A DNA stretch of 64,000 nt from Octopus sinensis. Lineage: Eukaryota. The position numbers were made by a program, and so were the translations under genes. Positions 52,361-64,000 of the stretch are shown here, in pieces. Positions within the stretch are counted from its first letter, which is position 1, and each line of letters begins with the position of its first letter. The notes beneath the pieces are model-generated. The model was given only the letters and a program-made list of their open reading frames with translations. It searched no databases and had not been told where the DNA came from. The stretch covers positions 64,418,001 to 64,482,000 of the forward strand of contig NC_043008.1 of the NCBI RefSeq assembly GCF_006345805.1, in the 5' to 3' direction.

Positions 52361-52642
52361 ATATATATGCAATTCATTCTAAGATTCTCTAACAGCACAT
52401 TTAAAAAAAAAATTGCCTTCATTGCTATTGTAAAGAGTCGTAAAATGAAACAACAGTAAACTAATCCCGGAATATCACACTATACTATAACGTCTATCTA
52501 TTTACCATTGAAATATTTATGCATTATTATCAGCTCACCACATCGATTTTCATAGAAAATAATTTTTCGAAAATTTTCAAAGAAACTTTGTTTGAGATAC
52601 ATTATTGATACTTCGCGTGTTTATGGATATGTGTGCATGTGC

Positions 52643-52699
<57 letters not shown>

Positions 52700-54664
52700 A
52701 TACATACACACATGCACACGCATTCATATAGCGTTAAGACTCATTTGCATTTACTTTTCTCTAAATTGTATCACTATTTGGACGTAGTTTTCTATGATAT
52801 TTTTTCTGAAACCATAAAATTGAGTGATCTGCTATCACCGCTAGTTGTGATATCTAAGGATACTAGAATTTCAGCTTTATTCTGCAACACATACGCATCT
52901 ATCTTATAGTTTAATATCTTTGCAAATCAACGCAGCCCAATAGGAAAGCTGTCTACTTTTAAACAGCTTGTATGACTTTAAGATGTTTCTCCTCCCTTTA
53001 CTTTGAAAAAGACATTCGTTACTTTGCAATATTATTTATAACTCTAAAAGATAGTTATAAAAGATAGATGTACCGAGGCATATAAATCAAAGTGATCTTC
53101 CTAGAGGTTTCAGAAAAAAACTTACAGTAAGTATTAACTCAATGCACTTGAATTGGAAGTTAAGTATATTATCTTAGCCAGGTTTTCCGCCAAATTATTC
53201 AGCACAATGAAACCATCCTTCTCCAAAATTTCTACAATCTACCTCGGCGAAAATCTTCATTTGACCAGCTGGAAAATGCAGTCGGAAACGTATAATAAAT
53301 TTACGAACAAGGAATATCTAGTTTATAATCATGATTATCCTGAGTAAAGCGGTATTGTTTGAAATATTTCACTCTAAATCACTTGACTATATAATTCCGG
53401 GAAGACCCTCTCCACATTTTCTCCCTCAGCCAAATCTTCCATTCTTCTTTGTTTCAGTAGTGATCTTGCTCTATTTAAGTTTTTGTACTTTTAATAGGGT
53501 AAGAAAGTTGAGTAAGCTACTTATGGGACTGCCCAATTTAGCATGCCTAGAGATGGCATCCTAAGTTACCTAGCATATAAGGCCTGTTTCGATCATAACC
53601 TTTGAACCGTGTCACCTTTATCATCTAATTCGTAGTGGAATTTGTTGAAAGAAGTGAAATGAATCAGAATATATGATAAGAGGGATATGGCATCTCATAT
53701 TTCCAATACATTATGATAACTGTTTCTCAAAACTATTTCTTAAACATGGATATGTTGTGGATTGAATATTTCGTCAGATATTCTCTGCTATCATCATCAG
53801 TTTATTTTGGCATGAGCAGAAATATTATTTTATAAAATCTGATACATTAACAAATAATTCATAATAAAGAAAATAACAATGCAATTGTCAAATTAATTAT
53901 TGATATGCAAAACAGCGTGTGTACTTTTATGCAACAGTTCTAGAAGAGGATAAATTTATTGTCGTAGAACAAATTTAGCTGATGATATGTATGAAGCTAG
54001 ATATATTTTCTGGTAAATTAAGCCGCTGATTTGAACAAATTAAGGAATCAGTCAGCTTCATTACTTTAGCCTAGTTAAGTAACATCTCCTGAAGATGGAT
54101 GGATAGAATACCGATGAAAACGACGTAGATTAGAACGTAAAAAAGAAAAAAAAACGGAAAAAGTTTTAAAAAGGGGGCAAAAAATAACAACACTAAAAAC
54201 CATAAGAAAAAATGTAAAAATCACACACACACTCACAAACACATTTTCTATCCGGGAAATCAATTCATTTCCCAGACAAACACATAAGGCAAAAACTGAA
54301 GTGTAATATGAATTCATGGAAGGAATATGCAGAAGGAAAAACTAAATAAATGCGCGGCACTCCATTATACCATGAATCAGTAAATCAGAAAATCAGGTGT
54401 GGCCATATTGAAAATAATTCTATTTATGCTTTTTTGTAAATATTGAAAAAACTAAAATAGTTTTGTCATCGGAACCTAAAATAAATAAATGTATTTTTGT
54501 TTTTATTTTTAGTTTGCAATCTTTCAAGATTTATGAGAAATTTACAAATAAACTATTCATATTACTTTGGGTACATTACGCTGTCGAGGAGGGAAAGCGA
54601 TACGAGATTACAAACAAAGAAATGATATACGAGAGGAATTTCTTTCCTGGAATAAGCTATAAGC

Positions 54665-54707
<43 letters not shown>

Positions 54708-55410
54708 GTATATGTAGATATGTATGTATGTGTGTGTGTATGTGTGCATATAAAAATATCTGTGTATGGATATATATATATATGCATATATACATATATA
54801 TAATATATATGTATGTATGTATGTATATGCATATATTGTATTAGATGTGTGTATGCACATTTATGCATATATATTTTTATATATGTACACGCATGAGTGT
54901 GTGCACACATAAATGCATATATTCATATGTGCATCTATAAATGTATGCATCACATTCACATTCATACAAGCACACACAATCGCGCGCGCTCTCACAGGCA
55001 CACATACAAGAACAAGCAAACAAACACATACGTATGTGTAATCGCTTTAGGAAGCCAGTTTAATACAAGTGCATTGTGGTGGCTTCTAAAACAATTTAAC
55101 TCTTATTTCACAATGCTTTTTATAAACTACACTATTCAAACCTATACACACACACACATACATTCATAAATACATACACGCATACATATATACATACATA
55201 CATACATACATAAGTACGTACGTGCACACATACAAACATACACATGCACAGACATGTAATAAATTTTATTCCTTACATAAATTACAAATACGCTGGCATA
55301 CGCACACATACACATACAAATATACATACATACACACACAAGTATATATACATACATCCTTACATGCACACACACACACTCACATATACCGGTCCGACAT
55401 TATATATATA
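54665..55410. repeat. (TA)/(TG)/(CA)/(TACA) low-complexity field
   Basis: Directly visible. Confidence 0.9.
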
Positions 55411-55852
55411 TTTATATTGATGGTTGGACAAAAGGCGCGTGGCCTAATGTCAAACGGTTGTGTTTTGGCACTCCCGATCGCTAGATCGTGGGTTCGATTC
55501 CCAGACCGAGCGGTGCATTGTGCTTTTGAGCAAAACGTTTCATTTTACGTTTTCCTGTGAGTAGGAGAGTGACAGAGTCATTGATGTGTAATCGGAAAGG
55601 CTTTTACGGTATATCTTCCGGTTCAATGCATCCTACCTGACTGGAGTATGCAAGTGGGAAACCACTCTAGTATTCATTCTTTGTCATGGTTGGCGAATCT
55701 ACTTTACTGCGATAGAGGAGAGTTCGGGCCCTCCTAGTTCTTATAGGGAGTGATGGAGATGGTTCCTATGCAAGGAACTGCCCATGAGTAGACCAACGCT
55801 AGGCTGCAGAATGATCTGACAGCGTATTTTCAATTTGATACACATTTCATGA

Positions 55853-56728
55853 AGTGTTGGACAAAATAATGGAAACACCTAGCATCATTGCATCATAATT
55901 TTGAAATATCCATAAAACTACCAAAGCTTGATTTTATTTATTTATTTATTACTAGTGTTGCTTAATATGTTTTGCTAAAATTGCGGTTTCTTTCCAGATA
56001 TCATCAGAAAAAAGGTAATTAAAATTCATTAAAATAACAGATTTATCGAACTTTTAAAGAGGTCGAATTGATGATACTCGTATGACAGGCGCAAGCGTAA
56101 CGAAAACAGCCGAAAGGTTGGTGTATCACGAAGTACTGTCTCGAAAGTAAAAACAGGCTTTGAGAAAGAGGGAAAAACCTCCTCGTCGAAACAAAACTCC
56201 GGAAGGAAACGAAAACTTTCAGACAGGGACCGTCGGACTCCTACGCGAATTGTTAGAAAGGATCACAATAGTACAGATCCCAAAATTACTGCAGAGCTTA
56301 ACGACCACCTCGAGAACTCAGTTTTCCACAAAAACTGTTCGCCGGGAGCTTCACAAAGCCGAATTTCACGCGAGGGCTGCAATGAGAAAACCACTACTTT
56401 CAAAAACAAATGTTACAAAGCGTTTGGAGTGGAGTAAAAACCTACAGAATTTGTCCCTAGATTAGTGGAAGAATGTTATTTTCTCGGACGAGTTATTCTT
56501 TACCCTATTTCCAACCACTGGCCGAATATACGTGTAGAGACAGCAAAAAAAAAAAAAATTGACACAGACTGCTTTCTTCTAACTGTTAAACATGGAGGAG
56601 GATCTGTGATGACCCGGGGTGGGGGGGGGCTATATCTTAATTTTATCTGATCAAATTCATGCTATGGTTGTCGAAACGCAATCTTTCAGGATGACAATGC
56701 ACCAATTCACGCACCTAAAATTGTTACT
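55853..56728 (+). mobile_element. decayed Tc1-like transposon (left TIR and transposase pseudogene)
   Basis: TIR-like AGTGTTGGACAAAATAATGGAAACACC. Translation across frameshifts gives TDLSNF*RG...GRKRKLSDRDRR...STKTVRRELHK...RKPLLSK...RLEW...WKNVIFSDE...TVKHGGGSVM...IFQDDNAPIH. Confidence 0.9.
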
Positions 56729-57247
56729 GTCTCTCTTCCCTTACTTTTGAAATAGCATACTTTCGGGCATTTATCCCTCTTAGACTTTCCACTACTTTCC
56801 CGTCTTTCACCCACTGACACTGGATGTCTTTCATTATTCTTTGTCCAATATTTCGAGGGCAAGATATCCCTCTGTCGCAATTAAACATATGAAGAGAGAC
56901 AATGTTAGGTGCAGCAGGCTCTTTACTCTTGTCAGAGACAAAACAGTGTCTCTAGTGTTGGATACGATAAAATGCATCCAGTACACTAAGCGAAATGACT
57001 GTTGCAAGAACGCAGATAAGGAAAAGTTGAGAGGATTTTCCAGTCTTGTTATGGACAAGACATCCATTGTAGAGTTAGTGTCACAAGAAAACACACATAG
57101 TGCATTATGTTGTGAGCGATAGGAAGAGCATCAAACCGTACGAAACATGCCGTTGAGTAAGACGTGATACTTGATCTGTCTAAAAGTTAATTATCAACTA
57201 ATTGCTGTCACCATTTTGTCCGCTCTTTTATCGATTTTGTCTATCTG

Positions 57248-59040
57248 CTACCACCACCACCGCCAACAACAACAACAATAACAACACCTAGACCACTACC
57301 ACTACCGGTACCACTACTGTTACCACACCCACCATTCTCACCACAACCATAACCAGCACCACCACTACCACTACCACCACCACCACCACCATCACCACCA
57401 CCACAAACGACAACGTCATGTTGAACATTAAAACCTTATGTCTTCAAAGATTTGCGATTTTTAAAGCACTTGTACTCTATCCCGAAGTACTCTACTTTTG
57501 TACTCCCTGATTCATTTTAATCTCTAGTTTATCTATATTCTACCTATTGTCTTTACATCTTCCTTTTACTTTTTCTTTTTTCTTAACTCTTTCCTTCCTT
57601 CTTTTCTACAAATCTTTCAACCATTCGGCTTCTCTTTTGCCCTTCCTTCTCTTTCTTTCCTTGTTTCTGTCTTTCCTCCTTTGTTTCTTTGTTTCTTTCC
57701 TTCTTTCTTTCTTTACTTCTTTCTTTCATTTATTTTTTTTTCTGTCTGTCTTTAAAGTTTTACACTTTTTCCTCTCTTCGTATTTTCCACTCATTTTGTT
57801 TTAAAATTTCGTACTATTTCGAGTCCCCCTCTCTCTCTCTCTCTTTCCCTCGCGCTCTCTCACCCTCCACTATATTAAGTTTTCATAGTGTTACGAATCA
57901 CCATCTATGATTTTAAACACTTATAACAAGTCATCTATTTATTTTTAAATCCTTTCACTCAATTTAACTTCCATTTTATTTTTTTACTATTTATTATATT
58001 TCTTTCTCTACTTCTGTCACTCCCCCCTATATTTTGCCTTTGCCATTTTCTTCCTCTCCATCCTCCTCTTCCTTATCCTCCTTCTTTACTTCTTTCTCTG
58101 TATTTCATTCTATACATCTTACGTTAACTCAAGTTTCTCAACGTTTCATACTTTCTCCCCGCCTCACATTCCTTTTCAATCTCGCATTTCTTTCATTTCC
58201 TTTTCTTTCCTTTTAAACTTTTTCTTTACTTTTATTGTCTCGTCTGTCAATCTTTTCATCATTTGCTTTCCCTTGTTTTTTCGTTCATTCATTTATTTTC
58301 CAAATTTTAATGACTTCCTCCCCATCTCTTCCTCCTTTCGAATTACTCACCCATCGTCTAATTCAGTTTGTACCATTTCGATCTTTTCTTCTTTCTTTCA
58401 GTCTTTTTGTCTTTCTTTCTTTCTTTCTTTTCCCGCCCCTCTCTCTTTCTCTCTCCCTCTTTACTTTCCACTATCTTACGCTTTCTCTCATATTAACTCT
58501 CTCTACCCCTCTGTCTCTCTCCATCACTCTATCATTCTCCACGCAGCTGAAATAATCAATAACTTATTTTTATAGCAATAATTAAATATTATTTTAAAGT
58601 GATGAAGCTCTTTAATCATTGAGCAATAAAACAACTACTCCAACCACAGCAACAACAGCAACAACAGTAGCAGCGTCATTTGAAGCAGCAGCAGCAGCAG
58701 TAGCAGCAACAACAACAAAGATAAAGAAACATAATGCAAAGTGATAGTCATAGAAAAGATTGGTAGCAGAACACGTGGAAAGAAGGGAAAACGAAAAAGG
58801 TGAAGACAGGATGAGGAAGGAAAGAAAGGAGAGAGGGAGGAGAAAATAGAAGAAATAAGAGTATAATGAGAGAGATGAGAGAGAGATAGACGAGAGAGAC
58901 GAGAGAGGAGAGAGAAAGAAAGAGAATGGGTGAAGTAGGAAAAGGAAAGAGAGGGTTAAGCAATAAAGGAACAAATAGCTGAAAGACAGTAGAACTTGCG
59001 AGTTGAAGGCAATAAATGGCAAATGGAGTAGGAGGAAGGC
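57248..59040. repeat. low-complexity block: (CAC/CAA)n, long pyrimidine-rich tract, then purine-rich tract
   Basis: Directly visible compositional bias. Confidence 0.8.
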
Positions 59041-59492
59041 GAAAGGAATTGCTGACGATCAGATTCAGAAAAAAAAAAAATTAGTGTTGCGAGGCATTAA
59101 TTGCTATCATCAGTGGTCCATTTAGTTACACAATTAACACTTAGTCAAGATTCCATTTGGCTCACTTAAAACAGTTTTCTTTGAACAAAAGATATTAATG
59201 TTTTGTTGAACAAGGAATATTCCGTGAGTACGTACACCAAAGAGATTGTCATTTCATGGAGATATCGACAGTTTCCTAAAATCTGTGCCTCGATAAAAAA
59301 GAAAGGAACAGAAAAATAATCGAACACAAAAATTAAAGCAAGAGTTTAAAGGTAAAAAAAAACCCCTAATATATCACACTTTTAAGTAGAAATGGAACTG
59401 ATATCACTATTGTTTAGTAGAGGAATTCATCTTATTACGATTTGCAGCATATCATAGAGCTAATAACAAGATTTTAGAACTAAGTTAAATCA

Positions 59493-59568
<76 letters not shown>

Positions 59569-59734
59569 ATAGCTCTCACACACGCACGCACACATTTCTT
59601 TAAACGTTGATCGTTTATCAATATTATTTACAGAATTGTAAAACTCGGCACTGCTTATCAAATCATCGCAGAAGACATACAGGCATATTTGTGTGTGCAT
59701 ATATACAAATATATATTCATTTACTATTGAGAAA

Positions 59735-60830
59735 TACATTGGCTTTATTAAGAAGAAATTATCAAGTTCTACAAGATATCCCCGACATCCGCCCTGGATA
59801 CCATTAACACCAACCAGTGAAAATTAGTAAAAAAATCTTGGAGTAGACGATCGCATGGATCCCTACAACCCAAGAGCCCCGCATTTCAACCTTAAAGACC
59901 ACAAAACGGATTTCATAACGAAATCCTCTATTAGGCTCATCTGCCCTACCAAATCGGATGAATCATTAAGATTATACTAGACAATAAAATACCTATAGTT
60001 AGAATAAATTAGGCGTCAATTCATGGTCCTTCACAGAAGTTATGACCTAATTTCACCTCCTCGAAAACAAAAACACTTCCTCATTCCTGCAAATTGATAT
60101 CAACAATAACTACGCATCTATAACCCTTATCCTCCTTAACAAAGCTCTCATTCTAGCTTAAAACTTAACTAACCTAACCCCTTTAGAAATAGACGTAATT
60201 ATAACTGCCAGAAATACACTCATCTCCTTCAATGATAAGCTTTGGTGCCAAGCCACCCTCAATAATAATAGCACCAGTTTCTTCGATATAACCATAGGCG
60301 CTTAATTTTTTTTTTATTTTACTTTCTTTCGCTCTCATTCATCCTTTCCTGCACCTACCCCATTCCTGTCTTTTCTCTCTTTTGTTCTCTTTTTCTCCCT
60401 CTTTTCTTTCTTTTTCTTTTCGCTTCTATCCACTCACCCACAACCCACTTCTCTCTATCTTAATGTTTGTCTTTCTCACTTTAAGTATATACCCACGTGG
60501 ACCATTTACACTTAATCCATTACTTCAACATGAACGCATCATTCAAAATACTGCCTGGATTTACATGGGATTATACTTAAGGGCCTATACCTTCACGGAA
60601 GTACGGACCAATCTCCTATTAACTTTATCCTCTTGTTTGTATTCTATCTACATTTACTCTCTATTCTTCTATTTCATTCCTTATAAACTGCGAATTTCCC
60701 TGTCTGGAACTTTCATTTTTACTCACATTGTTTCTGATGACGGAATACCCAGTGATATATATTACTAAAAATCTCACTAACTAGCGGCCAACTCCAACAC
60801 CATCGTCGCCTTTATTAGAATTATTATGAA
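59735..60830 (+). mobile_element. Penelope-like element remnant (RT fragment plus pyrimidine-rich 3' region)
   Basis: LKDHKTDFITKSSIRLICPTKSD...IDINNNYASIT..LLNKAL...IDVIITARNTL...LW...FFDITIGA matches PLE RT motifs (KDHK, RLI.P.KS, DI..FYPSI, FDVTMG). CTGATGA occurs near the 3' end. Confidence 0.8.
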
Positions 60831-60904
60831 TGATGAACGGTAAAGTTGATTTGAAGCCCAAATATAAAGCGAAATAACAGAATGCCAAAAGCATTGATAT
60901 AATG

Positions 60905-61372
60905 GTTTCAAATTTTGGCACGAGGCCAGAAAATTCGGGTGATAGGATAAGTCGAGACAATACTTATTTTGTCGACCATGAAAGGATGAACAGCAAAGTC
61001 GATCACAGTGGAAACAAAGAAGAACGAAATGATGCTAAGCATTTTGACAGTTTGCTAATGATTCTACCAGTTCGTCACCTTAAAGTATAGATGTATTGAT
61101 TTCAAATTTTGACACAAGGACAGCAGGTCTGGGGTAGCGGCTAAGTCGTTTACATCGAACCCAGTACTCAACTGCGACTTATTTTATCGACCCGGAAAGG
61201 ATGAAAGGCAAAGTCGACCGCGGCGGAATTTGAATTCAGAGCGTAAAAGCGAACGAAATGCCCCTCAGCATTTTGCCCTGCGTGCGACTCCAGAATGATT
61301 AAAGCCAAAGTCGACCTCGACGGAATTTGAACTCAGAAAGTTTTGCCCGGCGTGCTAACAATTCAGCCAACT
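60905..61372 (-). mobile_element. cluster of two to three SINE A copies
   Basis: Repeated TTTCAAATTTTG.CAC.AGG and AAAGTCGACC.CG.CGGAATTTGAA motifs. Confidence 0.8.
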
Positions 61373-62199
61373 TCAAGGTATGCTAAAAGTAAGCTGTACC
61401 CTCATACCGTACTGGTTCACTACTTGAAATTCAAATGCCCTAACCTTCAGAGAGGATTGGTGTTACATTTACATTTGATGTTGAATGTTTTCTTTAACAA
61501 AGGATCAAATGACAACACGACCCAACATTCAATTCCTTTGCAAAAACTTTTACAAAATACTTACGTCAAAACATATTCGATATCAGTGCAGTAAAATGAA
61601 TCAATTTTGTGCATAAGTGTACGTTTTGTTCGCTCGTGTATATTTGTATATATGTCGCCTGTGTGTGTGTGTATAAGAGAGGAAGAGAGAAAGAGAGAGA
61701 AAGGAAGAGAGAGATACTTCTGTGTGCTTATGGGAGTGATTATAAGTGTGTGTAGTAGGAGATGATCTGAAAGGAAGGAGAAGAAAATAATACAAAGGAG
61801 AAAACAGTGAAATGTTAAACAGATCAACGTTTAAAAGATTTTTGACAGCTTATATAAAATGATTTATTCAAGTATTAAATATATTGATATATTGATATGA
61901 AATTCACATCAAGCCAATATGCTTTCATCCTTTCTCTTGTATTTTGTTTAGTTATTCATACATCAATTATTATCAATATTATTTTGTTCTGTAAGTATAT
62001 GTGTGTGAGCGTAAGGAGACAAAGTGAGAGCGAGAGAGAAAGAGAGAGAGAGAGAGAAACATTTTGTCGTTCATAAAAGGTAGTTATCTTACTAAAAATC
62101 TACAGTAGGTATAGTTTAACCATTTAGTAGAAGCTGAACTAACAGCGTTCCATGTCATCTGTGTGACAGATAGACTCAAAACAAGGCTATGAATAATGG

Positions 62200-62340
62200 C
62201 ATAATCATGAGATAAAACCATCATTTGATATCTTTGGAGACGCCAAATGATGGAATAGTTTCCCAATCATTTCTTGATGCACGTTAAGCTGTTGTTAAGA
62301 GATGTAACATGCCTGTTGTATTGTGGAAGAAGACAAGATG
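62200..62340 (-). mobile_element. possible mariner catalytic-domain relic
   Basis: LVFFHNTT...NDWETIP loosely resembles FHHDNA...GWEVLPH. Confidence 0.3.
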
Positions 62341-62604
62341 TCGGAGACATTTAGTTTTAGTTATACTGGTATGAATTTCAACTAGATTTTCAACAAACTT
62401 TGAGAAACTTTTCAATACCGACGCACGCATTTCGCTCTTCTTCGATTCTGTCCTCTCACCCACCCACCGCTTCCTTGCGACATCTCTTCTTGATCTTCTT
62501 CACCCCCTTCTACATCTCATCCTAACCAGTGTCCTAATTACATCTGAAGCCTACTCGGACATTGTTGGTATCATTACTGTGTCCATAATAATAAGAAATA
62601 TTTT

Positions 62605-62845
<241 letters not shown>

Positions 62846-63510
62846 AATATCACAAATGACCGCCAGCACAAGCATCAACATCCATATCTCTACTACCATT
62901 TGTGTGAAGAATGAAGAGTAAATTTAATAACGGAAATAATTAAACTGAGAAAGTAGAGCTACAAAACTAAAACGGTGTAAGGTATTTTAGCCATTGCTTC
63001 ACTTGTTATGATAATGTACAGCAATCTAGACGCCATCATTATGATAATGATTTAAGACGATTTGGTTCAAAATATTCTAGAAATATACATAACACAAAGA
63101 CAATGCCGGTGAAATTGAACTTACATCGCAGGTCACCGTAAGTAATATTGCAATTAAATTTGTCCAAATGTAGATTGCCTCCAGGCTTCGTCACAATACA
63201 AACAAACAGTAGAAGAAAGTAGCAGTGGTGTGGATTTGTTTAAGGTGGATTTCAACTTGCCAAGAGGTGACTCACACAATTGGTTTCGCGACCCTCTTCT
63301 GCGGCACATAGAGAACGAGGCACGCAGTATTCAGTTATGAAACTGCAACGGACTGCCTCTAACCTGGTTATAGTTTTGAGTGGCACTTTAGGGAGAAAGT
63401 CTATCATGCGTATCCCCCTTCATACTTTGGTTTAGGTGTTGTGATCTGTTGAAGTCGTTATCTGCTTGTTCCACAGTTGGGGATTTTTGGAATAAGTTGT
63501 AACATAAATA

Positions 63511-63915
63511 TTAGGTTGTTGAGTATGAAATTTACAGTAAGGTACATGGTAAACTTTGAGAGCTACTCATTTTGCACCATTGCTATATTTTGATAATCTT
63601 TATTTTTTGTTAGAAAGCTGGCACATCTATTTCTTTATCCTAACTCATTTTGCTCTTTATAAAGTATTTATAAATCGATTTTGCTATTTTTGTTTAGAGA
63701 TGGATAAGCTGAAAATTCGTGCAGTTTTGAAATATGAGTTCTTTCTTGGAAATACAGCATCTCAGACAGTTAGTAAAAATTAATGGAGTATTTCATTCTA
63801 ATGTTATTACACAGCAGGCAGTATCAAATTGGTTTGCAAAATTTTATTCTGGCAACTTTGACCTCATAAATGAGCAACGCGGTCGACCAGAAACAAAGGT
63901 GGATAATGACGGTAT
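63511..63915 (+). mobile_element. mariner 5' end (TIR plus N-terminal HTH), truncated by a SINE fragment
   Basis: TA|TTAGGTTG TIR start. MDKLKIRAVLKYEFFLGNTASQT/KINGVF...VSNWFAKFYSGNFDLINEQRGRPETKVDND from 63700. Confidence 0.85.
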
Positions 63916-64000
63916 TTCCTCTGATTTTCTGCACTCTGAATTCAAATCCTTCCAAGGTCACCTTTGTCTTTCACCTTTTCAGAATCAATAAAAAAAACAG

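Overview
AT-rich, repeat-dense eukaryotic non-coding DNA (intronic or intergenic). The SINE families and microsatellite load suggest a coleoid cephalopod, most likely Octopus; this is my recognition of the repeats, not a database result. I find no intact host protein-coding gene. Almost all listed ORFs are microsatellite or SINE read-throughs. The window holds more than 30 tRNA-derived SINE copies from at least four families and decayed LINE 3' ends (RTE/BovB-like, RTE, R4/Dong-like RLE, CR1/Jockey-like). It also has Penelope-like element (PLE) remnants, Tc1/mariner/maT transposase relics, MITEs with clear TIRs and TSDs (mariner, piggyBac), a 1.1-kb solo LTR, a probable non-autonomous Helitron and a MULE-like remnant. 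The most interesting signal is a set of short fold-back elements sitting between (TA)n tracts, densest at 31.0-32.8 kb. One of them (31766-32122) can fold into a ~357-nt rod-like RNA with an apparently complete type I hammerhead ribozyme at its tip, and several others carry decayed hammerhead cores. This looks like a family of PLE-related, ribozyme-bearing non-autonomous retroelements (retrozyme-like). All structures were paired by eye, and TE remnant boundaries are approximate.
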